DNA from: Octopus sinensis
Lineage: Eukaryota
DNA: 64,000 bases
NCBI RefSeq assembly: GCF_006345805.1
Contig: NC_042997.1
Span: 123,814,001-123,878,000, forward strand
Reading direction: 5' to 3'
The number at the start of each line of letters is the position of its first letter. Position 1 is the stretch's first letter. Of this stretch, positions 12,441 to 25,825 are shown piece after piece. A model generated the notes under the pieces. It had not been told where the DNA came from. It saw nothing but the letters and a program-made list of their open reading frames with translations, and did no database searches. Both the position numbers and the translations under genes were made by a program.

Positions 12441-14974
12441 ACTTGTTGCTGCTGTTGTTTCACAACAAATTGGCACTGATCACAAAGATTATTGATCAAT
12501 AACAATCTTCGTATTATATCCAATACGTAAACGCTTACATTTTGCTGCTAAGCTTTCGTAAAACAAATATCCATGAAATCTCTCGCTCTTAATCTTGTCA
12601 ACATTATTATTAAGATATAACCAATCAACTAGAAAAATAACTCCAATTTCTTCTACAAACCGAATCTCCTTTGTGTGTCGTTAATGCTATTTAAGAGAGC
12701 ACTCAGGTTTCTTATATTGTTGCTGTTCATGATATATGAGATTATAACAGATTAAGATTTGGGTCAACCGATGCAGAGGCTTCCATAGCAATATGTGTAT
12801 TTGTTTCATAAAATTATTATAACAAATATAAACAGGTAAAATGACTAAAAATGCAGTCTGAATAAACTAGTGATAGTCTCTGTCAGAAAATATTTTGAGT
12901 GGCGTCATGTGTTTGGATACAGTCTTATAGTTTGGAGTGAAAAGTAATTTCATGTTTCATAATTGACTTATCATGTGTGAGGAAAAAATATATTTCTTCT
13001 ACTAAAACAGGGTTTCTTCTTGAACAAAATGCAATTATTCTACACGCTATATTGACGTACTCATATACATGAAGCTCATGTCAGGAACACTTGCTCACGA
13101 CAATTATGGAAAAAAATTTCCATTGAAGTAGCGCTAAGCACGACAACGCATATAATAAAGAGTTTCTTGTACATTTCTAAGGACAAAATATCTTGATATT
13201 CATAATAACAGCATTCCATGGAACTGTTGCTGATTGCTTGTTTCCATATCACCATGAAGCGTATGAAAGAAATAGCAAATCGATATGTTACTAATTATAT
13301 ATCGGAATATATATGTCGAATTTTTCACACACGCAATTTAACTCGTCATCATAACGAGAAATAGTGAGCAAACAAGGGAAACATTATGTTGCCATTCATT
13401 CAACCAGCTGAAAATAGCAAAGAAATCATCCTTAAATCACATACTCCAGATATGAAATAAGAAAAAGAGGGTAACTACGATAATGCAGTCCTCGATATTT
13501 CCCAAGCATTGGGATAAGAGAGTCACATATGTAATCCATTTGATCATATTTACGTTCAAGCATGTTTGGCGATTTGAGGATAAATAACAAGAAAGCTTAC
13601 AAGGGTGTCTTAACCACGAGAAAATCTCACAATTAAGACAAATAGTGTCAAATAATGAGGGAAGATTTCAGACAGTTCTATATTTAAGAAATGAGGTATT
13701 ATATAAATAAACAAAGATTTCATTTTACATATGACAATTTTAAAATTTCACCGCAAATATAATTATTAATAAATTTTCATTTGCTCGGTGAGCAACAGCA
13801 GTCGAAAGGATAACTTCAGTATTTATTCCGAATACGTTCCGCCAGATTATTCCGGGGTGTCTTTCACTAAATAGACTCAACAATGTCGAAAAACAAAAAA
13901 GACAGGCAATTCAAATTACCTGTACGCAAATGAATCGAGTGTGATACGAACACAGTTTCGTCTGAAACGAAAATGTCTTCTCCAATGAATAAGCACATTA
14001 ACATTTAGCATAATTTACATTCGAACCTGTCGTAACCTGATAAGAATGATTGTGTAAGTTATCATTGTTATTACTCTTTCTGAAATTAGTTTCGGTAACT
14101 GTTTAAATATTTGATAAATTTTCTGTTCTTCTCCACTCTATAAATTTAACTTACTCGTAGTCGACAATATTCGCAGAGCCATATATCCTTTAGGTGTACT
14201 TTTAACTTATTAAATATGCTCTCACGTACATAACTGTCGAAATATCATTCCGGCGGTTTCCATACAATTGAGCTAAATGTCTCTTATTGCTACTAACTAT
14301 AACTAATCGATTCTCTTTCTAATACTCTCATAATTTAATTAAGGACACAATTCCACTTCTGACACACTTCGCTTTCGATATATGCAGATATACATACAAA
14401 CGTGTACATGTATGCAGCTACGTATGCATGCATGCATAATTGTATGCTTGTACGTATGTGTATATGTATGTGTGTTTACATATGTATGTATGTATATGAA
14501 TCTCTGGCTGTAGTTTCTTCCGTACTCGCTGATGAAGATAAAATTAAATCGTCAATAACGCTATTCCTTTTCACAGCTCATCCGAAAATAATCTGCTTTT
14601 TAAATGTGTCCGTTCTGCTTCAGCGCCCACGAATGATTCATTAATATATTTGTTTTAGTTCAGTTAATTATACTTTTCAGTTCTACAAAAGAAATAGGCT
14701 ACAGCTGATCATGTTGAAAAAGAATATGTAGCTAGCGATCCCTCATCTTAAAAGTAGTAACAGTTTCCTCCTCATCATCATTATCATCATAAAAATCAAC
14801 GGCACCAGCGCCATCACAGCCATCATCACAAGCAGTAACAATAGTCTCCTTCATCCTCCTGCTTCTCCTCGTCCTCCCCTTCCTCCTCTTCTCTTTTTCA
14901 TATTTTTTTTTTGAGCTGATAGAATTGTTATCACGGAGGACAAAATGCTCAGCTGCATTTAGTCCGCCTTTACT

Positions 14975-15334
14975 TTCCGATACCAAATGCCACCGAGATC
15001 GACTTTGCCTTTCATCTCTTCGGGGTCAATTAAATAAGCACTAAACGATCACTGGAATCGATATAATTGACATAGCCTCTTCTCCATGCCAAAATCTGAA
15101 ACCATTTCTTTTTTCCACTTTTTATTTAGTTTGCAGAATCGTTAGCACGCAGAGTAAAATGCTTAGCGATATTTCGTCCGTCTTTAGTTACTGGTTTTCA
15201 TCGACCCGAAAGAATAAAAAGCAAATTCTTCCTTGGTGGAATTTGAAATCGGAACGTAAAAATGGGACGAAATGCCGCAAAGCATTTTGCCCGGCGCCCG
15301 AACGCTTCTCTCGGCTCGCTGCCTTATTTATATA

Positions 15335-15375
<41 letters not shown>

Positions 15376-15545
15376 GATTTCAAATTTTGACACAAGGCCA
15401 GCATATTCGATGGAAGAAGCAAGTGTTGAACTGGTACTTATTTTATCGACCCTTGAAATGCCGAACGGCAAAGTCGACCCCAGCGGCACAAGAACTCAGA
15501 AGCTAAAGGCGGGCGATATGCCAACCATTCTGCCAGCCCGCCGCC
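14975..15545. mobile_element. Cluster of SINE family B fragments in both orientations
   Basis: Plus fragment about 14975-15105, plus head 15132-15190 fused to a minus copy 15190-15325, and a minus copy 15375-15545. Confidence 0.75.
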
Positions 15546-15699
15546 CTGTGTATTCGTAATATTAGCAATACGCATAAAATATAAACATAGTAATTGGTCA
15601 AAACCGTGTTTATTGTATATATTTTTTTTATTAAACTATTCCTTTTTTATATACATAAAATATAAAACATTATCTTCATTAACATCAACATCGTCGACA

Positions 15700-15832
15700 T
15701 TATCAGCGTTACCACTACCACCACCATCATCATTTTCATCATCATCACCCTCAACATCGACATCATCGCCATCAATATCATCATCATCGACGTCGTCGTC
15801 GTCATCATCATCATCATCATCACCATTACCAC
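15700..15832. repeat. Imperfect (CAT/CAC/CGT)n trinucleotide tract
   Basis: Direct reading. Confidence 0.9.
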
Positions 15833-16717
15833 AAGTGATTTACTTCCTTTCCGCTCTCACAATCAAATTTCCTTGACATCAATGATTATTTTGGTGAAAC
15901 GCTGTGTCATGTTTAATATTTTCTGTTAATTCAGAAATTTATGTACAAATCAATAGAGAAAATTACTGAGAACAATAACAAAATGGTTGAAAAGCGAAAC
16001 ATAATACATTCTATAAATTTTGCTTTTTTTATTGTATTGCTGTCATTATAGATGCGTGTCAGGCATAGGTCTACATTGAATGTTAGGAGCGAGTAGTGTG
16101 ATTTAATTATTTTCGGAATTCGAGCACTAATTTAGAATGAAATCTTTTGATTCTAAGAGAAATGTCATGTTTATGGTTTGTATTAGATTTCTTCTGGGCA
16201 ACCATGTATATTTAACGAGTCAAAGATGAAATAAATATCAATGTATTGTGTAATATTACAATGATATTTCGTGCTTATGCATATTACGTAAGATGAAAAA
16301 CAAACACGATATACGAGTGGAGAAGTATTCCATTATGTGCTGGTTGTATGTGCTTGAAATAGCAGTCATTTCAATCAAACTACAGCATTAAAACCTAAAG
16401 TGTATTCAGGATTTATATGATGCTTGAGGCATCGGCAACAAATGCATATTTGACAAAGGCACAACGGATAACGAAATCTGCAGGAGGTCGGCTTACTAGC
16501 CAAACATTCGATGAATTGCATGCATGCAAGACACATAGCTATGTACTATGGACATGAAGTCTCAGTAAGCACGTCGTATATTACTAATGAGTTTTATGTG
16601 GTAGTGTTGTTTTGTTGATGTTACATTTGTGCTTTGCGTTGCTGTTTCGTAAGTTAATGGCTTTGCACATAAGCCCGTTACCATTTTGTCATCCTCTATC
16701 TCATTATTTGTTTACAT

Positions 16718-16864
16718 AGGCGCAGGAGTCGCTTGCTTACCAACCACATGGTTCTGGGTTCAGTCTTACTGCATGTCAACTTGGGCAAGTGCTTCTATTA
16801 TAGCCTCGGGCCGACTAAAGCCTTGTAAGTAGATTTGGTAGACGGAAACTGAAAGAAGCCCGTC

Positions 16865-16899
<35 letters not shown>

Positions 16900-17115
16900 T
16901 GTGTGTTTGTGAGTCTCTGTTTGTCTCCCCAACATCGCTTGACAACCAATGCTGGTGTTTTTACGTCCCGTAACTTAGCAATTCGTCAAAAGAGACGGAT
17001 AGAATAAGTACTAGGCTTACAAAGAATAAGTCCTGGGGTCGATTTGATTCGACTAAAGGCGGTGCTCCAGCATGGCTGCAGTCAAATGACTAAAACAAGC
17101 AAAAGAGTAAAAGAG
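16718..17115 (+). mobile_element. tRNA-derived SINE family A, full length (head, central (TA)n/(TG)n, tail ending (AAAGAGT)n)
   Basis: Head gcaggag...gcttgcttaccaaccacatggttc..ggttcagtc (B-box-like) and tail gatagaataagtactaggcttacaaagaataagtcctggggtcgatttg...ggcggtgctccagcatgg. Many copies in the window. Confidence 0.9.
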
Positions 17116-17462
17116 TATCTAACATCTCGGATACGAAACGTTGTAACAAATACCAATGCTGGCTATAATATCTATAGAATATCAGTAGAGATGACCTTCA
17201 CAAATGATTTTTGTCTGTGCCTTGGATTTATCATAATAATCATCGATTTAATAATCAGTCATTCTTTTGTTAATCCAGGACTAAATTTCTGCATTTTGAG
17301 CTAGGTTTCCGCCATTATTGTCCGAAAATATGTTCTGTCGTGATGTTCTTATGTGATATGGAATTAATTGCTATGTGTGTGTGTGTGTGTGTGTGTGCGT
17401 GTGCATGCGTACACATTTGTATATATGTAGGTAATTATGTGGATAAACAAATTTGATATACC

Positions 17463-17531
<69 letters not shown>

Positions 17532-18126
17532 TCAAGTAGAAGATAACTCTGATATAAAATCAGACATGTTGGGATTGCCATTGAACGTTTTGGGGATCTT
17601 TACTTGCTCTTGAGATCATGGCGCTCCCACATTCTGGACCGTTCGATCCTTCTTTGACACTGGATAATTTCCACTCTGTTGCCTACGGATCATGTTTTTA
17701 GGGTGGACAAGATATAGGACTTGAAATATTAGGTTGTGCAATCATCGGCGATTTTCCGATGCCCTGTCGATAAGGTGGGCAATGCCGCAAGCATGGAGGT
17801 CGAGTTCGCAAACCCGAGTGAAGCCGACCGTGAGTGCAATAACCCCATGTTTGTGTATTTTTAGTATTTTGCATTGACAATTATTCGTGTGATGTGTCTC
17901 GGTCGCGAGTGGACATCCATCATAATCATGTATGTATATATGTATGCTTGCGTAAACGCTTAGGACCAATTTACTAATTTTTTTCTGGTAAAGTATTGGT
18001 AAACTTGAGTCTACCGTAGAAGATCACTGGTTATTTTGCTGAGCGGGAGGAGAGAAGTAGGAAACAATTCATTGTCAATCGAATTTCTTTAGACACACCT
18101 ATTGTTGTTTACACACATAATATGTA

Positions 18127-18450
18127 AGGAGCACTCCGTCGGTTACATTAACGAGGGTCCCAGCTGATACGATCAACGGAACAGCCTACTCGTGAAATTA
18201 ATGTGCAAGTGACTGAGCAATCCACAGACACACGTACCCCTAACGTAGTTCTCAGGGAGATTCAGCATGACACAGTGTGACAAGGCCGGCCCCTTAAGAT
18301 ACAGGTACAACTCATTTTTGCCAGTTGTGTTGACTGGTGCAACGTGAAATAAAGTGTCTTGCTCAAGGACACAACGCGTCGCCGGGAATTGAACTCACGA
18401 CCTTACAATCGTGAGCTGAATGCCCTAAACACTAAGCCACGCGCCTTCAC
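18127..18450 (-). mobile_element. tRNA-derived SINE family C, full length
   Basis: On the minus strand: A box (ggcttagtgtttaggg), B box (gagttcaattcc), central ccttgagcaagacactttatttcacgttgc domain, tail ending ggagtgctcc. Confidence 0.88.
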
Positions 18451-19676
18451 CACATAATATGCAAATTGTTATTACATTTATTATCTAGTGAAGACGATAC
18501 CTGAAAAGAAAAACAGTTTGCTACATGATTACGGCATCAATACCAATGCTACAATGAGGTGTAGACAGCAATACATTGTTTCAATGATGCTTCTATAGTC
18601 TTCGTAGAACATTCAATCGCTAAATGCTTCCCATTTGGAATTTGAACACGCTATTTTGAACAATATTATGTTGCACATACTTAAATCTTAATTACATATG
18701 TGTGTATGTGCAAATATGTGTGTATGTATGTGTATGTGTGTATGTGTGTGAGCACGTGTGTCTGTGGCGTGTGTGTGTATGCTGTTCCTGTCAGATGTTC
18801 ATATATACTAAACAAACCGATGTCATATACTGTCAACCTCTCATCACATTTTCCTAATTTCTTTTTTCAGCACACATATACCAGATAAACTCGACGCAGA
18901 GTTTCCTATCTAGATTAAGACTTTACTAATGAGTTGTTCTGCCTGATAACTATAGTTAATTGAATTATTTGTAAAGTTGCGCAATATGTTACTTGATTTA
19001 TAAATATAATTGGGAAGATAGGAAAACTGAGTACAAGTCATGTGTGCTATGTATCTCGGTGTAGATAGTAATAAGGATCTTTAAAAAAGAGTAGGAAAAC
19101 ATCTGATAAATGGAGTATAAGAAATAGTAAAGAGTAGGATACTTTTTCTTACAGCGTGATATAGATTTCTCCAATTAATTCATTGATTTTTATTAATGGA
19201 ACAATTGATTTGCATTTAGCGACATTTTTTTTTGAGTTCACTGGGGATATATCAATATTATTGATAATAATCTCAATATAATTTAATATCGCCAGTTAGA
19301 GAAACCGTAGCGTTATAGGTCTTTAGAAGTGTGTAGATCAGAGGAAATGCATTAGTTGATAAAAATTACGTCTAATGTAAAGAGTACGACAGCATAATGA
19401 TAAGTTTATGGCTGAATATGATCGTTAGTATTACACGGATTTATCAATCTTAAATTTATGCAGCTAGAATGGCTGGAGGAAATTACCAAGAGACATTTTT
19501 TTTCAACGAATGCTTCAGTGTATGCTAACAAACTTTATGCTAGAATCAAAAGAAAGGAGTGTGATAATAATTAAAATTACTCTTTTAGAGATGGAAAAGA
19601 ACATTACGTAAATTAATAATTTTCGGCAGGAAAGGTAGGGAGAGGACACTGAAGGTTTTAACACAGAAAGTTTGCA

Positions 19677-19826
19677 GGCGTAGGAGTGGCTGTGTGGTAA
19701 GTAGCTTGCTTACCAATCACATGGTTCCGGGTTCAGTGTCTTCTACTATAGCCGCGGGACGACCAAAGCCTTGTGAGTGGATTTGGTAGACAGAAACTGA
19801 AAGGAGCTCGTAGTATACAGTGTATA

Positions 19827-19885
<59 letters not shown>

Positions 19886-20112
19886 GGGGGGGTAAATGTT
19901 TGTGTTCTGTGTTTGTCCTCCCAGCCTCGCTTGACAACCGATGCTGGTGTGTTTACGTCCCCGTAACTTAGCAGCAGCTAGTCAAAAGAGACCGATAGAA
20001 TAACTACTAGGCTTTCACAGAATAAGTCCTGGTGTCGATTTGCTCGACTAAAGGCGGTGCTCCATCATGGCCACAGTCAAATGACTGAAACAAGTAAAAG
20101 AGAGTAAAGAGT
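19677..20112 (+). mobile_element. SINE family A, near full length
   Basis: A-box-like tggctgtgtggt, B-box-like ggttcagt, central (TA)n and the same tail; short deletion after the B box. Confidence 0.9.
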
Positions 20113-21941
20113 ATATAATGAGTCCTGTTTTGCAAATACATTGCAAGACATGTTTTTGTTAGACAGACGCAATGAAGCATACTTTCTTGATCGGTACTAT
20201 CCAGTCGTCAGAAGGATGTTATATAATTATTCTGATTGAATAGAAATTGGTGAGAATGAAAACGTACAATAATGAGTTGGGTTAATCTGCTCAGGTTTGT
20301 CTTTATCATAGTAGTATCTCACAACTAACTGCATGACTGCTTTCAGCATTTTTATTATACTTTGGTCATTGAAACATCGCATTTGCCTCCTTGAATTTAG
20401 TGTACACCAGTATCCATTATGTTTAATGCTTAATAAATAGTGATATTTCTACTGCCCTACGGAAGTACTTTCAATAAATAAAATGGTGTATTTTTGGCTC
20501 ATTTTATTAAATATGCTTATTTTATAATAAATAAATATGCTTATTTTATAATAACACTGTAGAGTGTTGTGGTAGATTTCAAAATTGGAAATTTCAAATC
20601 TTTAATAAAAGTCTGAGTATAAAAACAGGTAGGATTTAGTTGGCTTCGTTATTTCAAAATAACAATGGGGTACCGTAGGTTAATGATTCTGTAATTTAGT
20701 AAGTAGGCTGTGAAGTACGACAAGGCTGTAGTCCTATTAAACATCTTCAAAGCAAAAATCTCACTAGTTCTGGGCTGACGAAATTAAAAAGAAAAAACAA
20801 TTGTTTCTCTATTTAATTTTATTTACTTAAGCATTCTATACACAAACAGTCATTACTTTAAAACGAATCTTCATATTAGTAACACCTACACAATATCCAA
20901 AAGAAAAAATAAATACTATTTCACGAGTTAGATATGTGAAATAAGATTTGTGTTAAAGATTGTTCCAAGATAATTTCAAGAAAACATTTTCTTTTGGAAT
21001 TGTTTTTGACTTCTAGATTAAGATACAGTTACGAGAATATCCATTTATCGACTAAATTACATGGCGACGGCGTATTTATTTGTTCTCTAATAAATGTCAT
21101 GCAGATATATATAGTTGTATAGTTGAAATGAAATGGTGAAACATGCTAATGCTTAAACTTTATTCAGATTTGTTTAATCTCTCCCATTTTATGGCATTAT
21201 TTAAAGTTGGGTCATTGAATTACTCCTGTGAGGCTAAATACTCTGTCGTTAAAACATTCTGGCAATGTTTCAAATTGGGAAATGTACTTGATCTACTTTC
21301 AATATCGTGACGTATTTTGGCATCCATTCAAAAACAATGAATGTGTACCAGAAAAGCACAGACGGATTGTAAAATGTTAACTAGATTAGAATTTCAGTAG
21401 TATTTGTCTGAGATGATATCGTCAGGGAATATAACAAAATTAAATAACTCAATATATTCTATATAACTTATTTTTATTGTTACTTACTTTAAAATTGCCT
21501 ACATATAACTTCTTAAACAAATATTGCTACAACTCGTTCGCTTATATGTTCTTTTATCTTTGTTCAACTTTAGTTGTGTAATGTATTAAATTCTAACTAC
21601 AAAGAGAAAATAAAAGAAATGACACACAAACTCTTTCACATGTACACAAAAAGATGGATACATAGATACATACACAAGCATATTCACACATCTATATATA
21701 CGTATTTATATATGTATACATGTATGTATGTGTGTGTCTGTGCGTGCATCTTTGCTTTTCTGTATGTATATGTGTACATGCATGTATGCTAGAAATGTAC
21801 CTCAAGAAATGACTTTGAAAATGTATGTAGAGTTTTAAATAAGATTTCCATAAATCTTCTAAAGAAGACCAGGTGCATTCTAAATTTCTTTTCTTTCAGT
21901 TTTTTACACAAACACACACACATGTACACGCACACACACAT

Positions 21942-21984
<43 letters not shown>

Positions 21985-22032
21985 ATATATATATATACAT
22001 ATATACTTATATATATACATATATATACATAC

Positions 22033-22099
<67 letters not shown>

Positions 22100-22106
<7 letters not shown>

Positions 22107-22380
22107 GTTAAACAGGAGGTGAATCATAAAGGAAGGAAAACATCTCAAGTCATGTACAATATTTTTGCAGGAAGAAATTCGAATTATTACAGCTGTTCCT
22201 GGGATATCCTCGAGTACGGGACATGCCGTCATCAGAGACACATTGGAGGAAAATATGGAAAACGAGAATGGTATATATCAATAAGATGACAACATAGATG
22301 AAGGTATTAAAAGAATAAGGATATGGAAAGAGAGAAGAAAAAATAAGCATAAAAGTTCATAGTTCAACTTTCCGAAGTTA
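22100..22380 (-). mobile_element. Penelope pLTR-like relic with a degenerate hammerhead motif
   Basis: Minus strand reads CTGATGA-cgg c atgtcc cgtactcga ggatat ccc-aGGAAC-agct-GT-A; flanked by microsatellite. Confidence 0.4.
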
Positions 22381-22436
22381 TAGAAACCTAATCGTTTAGA
22401 TCACCTGTGAACTAAAACCCATACTCTGTATATATA

Positions 22437-22885
22437 TCTATTATATACAATCTGTTCTGTCTGTGTGTGTGTGTCTTCTAGGATCTCGGGCATCCTCCAT
22501 CCGATTGCGCTCAAATTTGATATGTAGATATCGACGGTATCAGGGCGTGTATAAGTCTTGAAAAAATTACAAAAATCGTTTCCAGGTGAGAATGCGATCG
22601 ATAAAGCCGTTTTTGTCCTGCTTTTCTTCCGTCAACCTGTACATAACTGCACCTCCCATTTTTTATTGTTTTTGTACTGCTTAAAGGCACGTTTCTTTCC
22701 TGCCAAGCTTAGTGTTTAAACCATGTTTGTGTTCTCCCAGTCAACAGCCTTATCACTACTGGTACTTTAAACTCTTCGATTTAAAGGGGAGGCCTATGGG
22801 ACGATCGGACAACTTGTTTTGAGAAAATTTGCTTTAAATGTTTGACATCTCAGCACCGTCCATTTGACGGGGGGCGTTTTGCTCG
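22437..22885 (+). mobile_element. Non-autonomous Helitron (about 450 bp)
   Basis: A|TCTATTATATAC 5' end followed by a ctgt/gt microsatellite, a 3' hairpin CCGTC-cattt-GACGG, and terminal CTCG|T (one mismatch from CTAG). Confidence 0.75.
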
Positions 22886-22916
<31 letters not shown>

Positions 22917-23138
22917 GCGTGTGTGTGTGTATAAAGGGGTGTACATTAAAGTGCGATCCGTAATGAAAAATCGGTCTCAATAGTGGGTTCCACGTTCTAC
23001 TTCAGTATCTAGTGTAGTACGACATAGCGTATCAACCTAGGTATAGACTAGTGTACCGAATACGAAGCAATTAAAAGAAAAATAATAACAGGTATCGTAA
23101 TCCATACTTTATGAGATATAATCGTGTTTCATCTAAAT

Positions 23139-23411
23139 CAGTGGTTCCAAAACTTTTTCAGGATGCCGCCCTCTTGACACCTGGGTCAGATTCCTAGCGT
23201 CCGCACCCAACTAAGCATCACAAACATTGACCACTTTCTGAAGCAAATTCAAAGCAACTGTATTTCACTAATAGAACTTAACACAATGGACGCAATATTT
23301 TATTGTTTTACATGAATCGCTACCCCATTATTGCCCCGCTTTATTTCCATGCTCCCTTGGAACTTTCTACTGCCCCCAAGGGGACAATACCGCCCAATTC
23401 GGGAACAACTG
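23139..23411. mobile_element. hAT-type MITE (273 bp)
   Basis: Imperfect TIRs CAGTGGTTCCAAAAC / ATTCGGGAACAACTG and an 8-bp TSD ATCTAAAT (23131-23138) / ATCTGAAT (23412-23419), 7/8 match. Confidence 0.85.
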
Positions 23412-23519
23412 ATCTGAATGCTCAAATAATTACATAACTCTACACCATGCATGATCGACTGAAATGCTATGTACCATTGCTGTCATAAAGGACTGGTGAT
23501 CAAAACTGGGTTACATGAA

Positions 23520-23640
23520 ATATACTTACTGAATATGCAACATTTTCACCATCCCATCAATCTCTGCTTCATGCTCTATACGTTTCAGGTCCTGTTGATA
23601 TCTGGCTCTATCCTCGATATTTTCGGCCTTCCACCCAAAT
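23520..23640 (-). mobile_element. Possible very old CR1-type RT relic
   Basis: Minus frame WKAENIEDRARYQQDLKRIEHEAEIDGMVKMLHI resembles the CR1 EDR..Q.DL..L..WA...GM...KC..LH motif. Short, single segment. Confidence 0.3.
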
Positions 23641-25642
23641 TCTTACCTATTTCGATGATTTTCTTGTCGATTTAGCAAGACGTTATAAAGTATCATTTTC
23701 AAATTTGTTATTTCCAAGTATTGTTGTAGTTATTTCTTTATTCTCACCGTCCTTTCCACATACGTTTATGACTTAACACCTTTGAAAACAATAAACATTT
23801 TCTTCATGTCGGATACAAGTTTGTAAAAGCTTGCCAATATTCTTAGATAATTCTTAGATAATATTCGTAGATAATTTTCTATTCCTATTGTAGCTATTTT
23901 CTGATAAATTTGTATTGTTGCAGAAGACCCCTCCATTTATGCATTTGAAGAAAATATTGCATCTGATACTGGGCGGTGGATTTTACTTGCAACCATTAGT
24001 TTCCACATTTTACAGTATTACGGAGTGGGGCTTCTTTTGTTGTTTTATCGACAGTTTCACTTTGGATCTCGCTGTTATGCTATATGTGTCATAAGTATAA
24101 CGAATGACCAGAACAATTAAAATGTTTCACTTATCCTTGCTTACATTTATTCTGGTTTAAATTTTAATCGGGCACAATGATACAATTTCTTCTTGAGCGT
24201 TGGTTTAATTTTCTGTTTTACACTCTCTAAAGATATACTTGCGTTTATAGCAATGAATTTCTTATTCAAGGTAATTAATAATGATCTAGTATCTCAATAC
24301 AGTTAAAACTTTGTGAGTTAAGGTGAGGCATGAGCACATTATGTGCCTCTGATTTTAAAATTAACTGTTTGTTTATTTCTGCAGATTATGATGGTTCCCT
24401 TAAAACACAATATTTTGCTGACAATTTTAGGTATTTTCTGTAGTGTCACAACTTAACTCACACATCGAAATTTTTTGAACTTGGTTCAACAGCAGGACGA
24501 AAAAAAAAACCAGGACACTGGTCACATGGTATGAGAGAGACGGAGTGCTGGAGGGACTATATGTGCGTGCGTGTGTGTGTATTTACATGTACCTACACAT
24601 GCATATATATAGATAGATAGAAAAATCTGATAAATATTGTTTGTTTCATTTACTTCTTATATCAAACATTCCCAAAACTTTCTAACCACTCAATAATTTA
24701 GTTTTATCTCATACTCCGCATCATTTATTTGTCTAAACGCTTGGTAACGTACGAAACAATCTGCTTAGCTTTTCTTTCCTTCCTAGCTTTTTGTTATACA
24801 TTTATAGACGTTCTGAGCAAAGTTAAAACCCTTGAATTCGCGTGTATGTTTGCTTGGGACACCTATCAAAAGACGAAAACATGTCGTTGTTTTCCCAATA
24901 AACTTAATTCCATGTGTTATTAGAACAACATCTGCAGGAAGTTTAATAGGATCTTTACTGCTTTATTCATAAAGAGGAATATTATGTTAATTTATCAGAT
25001 GCTAATCGCCCCTACAATTCTGAGCAACTTGATTTAAAGAAAACTTTTAACACATGATAATATAATTTTACTTATAACTGCCAGTAAATCGAACAGAATA
25101 AAATATACTTACGCACAGCCTTCTCAATATGGTGCTATCTTATGAATCTAAATTATTTGGCAGAGAGAATACATTCATTATACAAGCTCTTGTTAATTTT
25201 ACGACATGTATGTAGAGAAGAATTTAATCTCATTTGAATACGAAAATATCAATTTCAATTCAACTAAATGTAACGTGATGTATTTGTTCGGATGGAAAAA
25301 CAGAACTTCCTGGATTATAAATATTTTCAACTAAGCAAATGAATGAGACGCGCGTGTAAATAAACATTGGTTAGTATTTGAGAGTAATTAATTGCTTGGC
25401 AAGTAGTTTTAGATTTCATGACAAAAATCTTGTAAAATATTTAACAAGAAACACATAACACTGCATTCACTTACGTCTTCTTTCGTAAGTAATATCGTCC
25501 GTCGAAGTTTTTTCACCTTTTATCGTATTCGGTACTGTTAAGTAATATAAGGAATGTGAATGTAATGTGAAATGGTCTATTTGATGACTATCATTATTCC
25601 TCAACAATATTATTGTTCCTGCTTTATTATCACTTCATAAAT

Positions 25643-25825
25643 TGTTTTAGTATTTAAACCATCCATACCAAAATCGGCTCTGGCCTCTTACACCTATTCT
25701 ACAATGTCATTCTAAATATAAACAACATCGTCGAAATCTCGATGCTACGAGATAATACCCGAATGATTTTTTTTTTATGTTTTACATTTTACAGCGTGAT
25801 CTGAATGCAAAAGTGTTAGTAAACG
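25643..25825. mobile_element. TTAA-bounded MITE-like repeat, copy 2 (more degenerate)
   Basis: Shares gaaatctcgatgctacgagataat and gatctgaatgcaaaagtgtta with 7631-7859. Confidence 0.5.

Noticed and set aside
24383-24430. Candidate 44-nt host exon (ttctgcag|ATTATG...TTTTAG|gtattt)
   Set aside because: Plausible splice signals and an open frame, but too short, with no recognisable peptide or linked exons. Needs RNA-seq.
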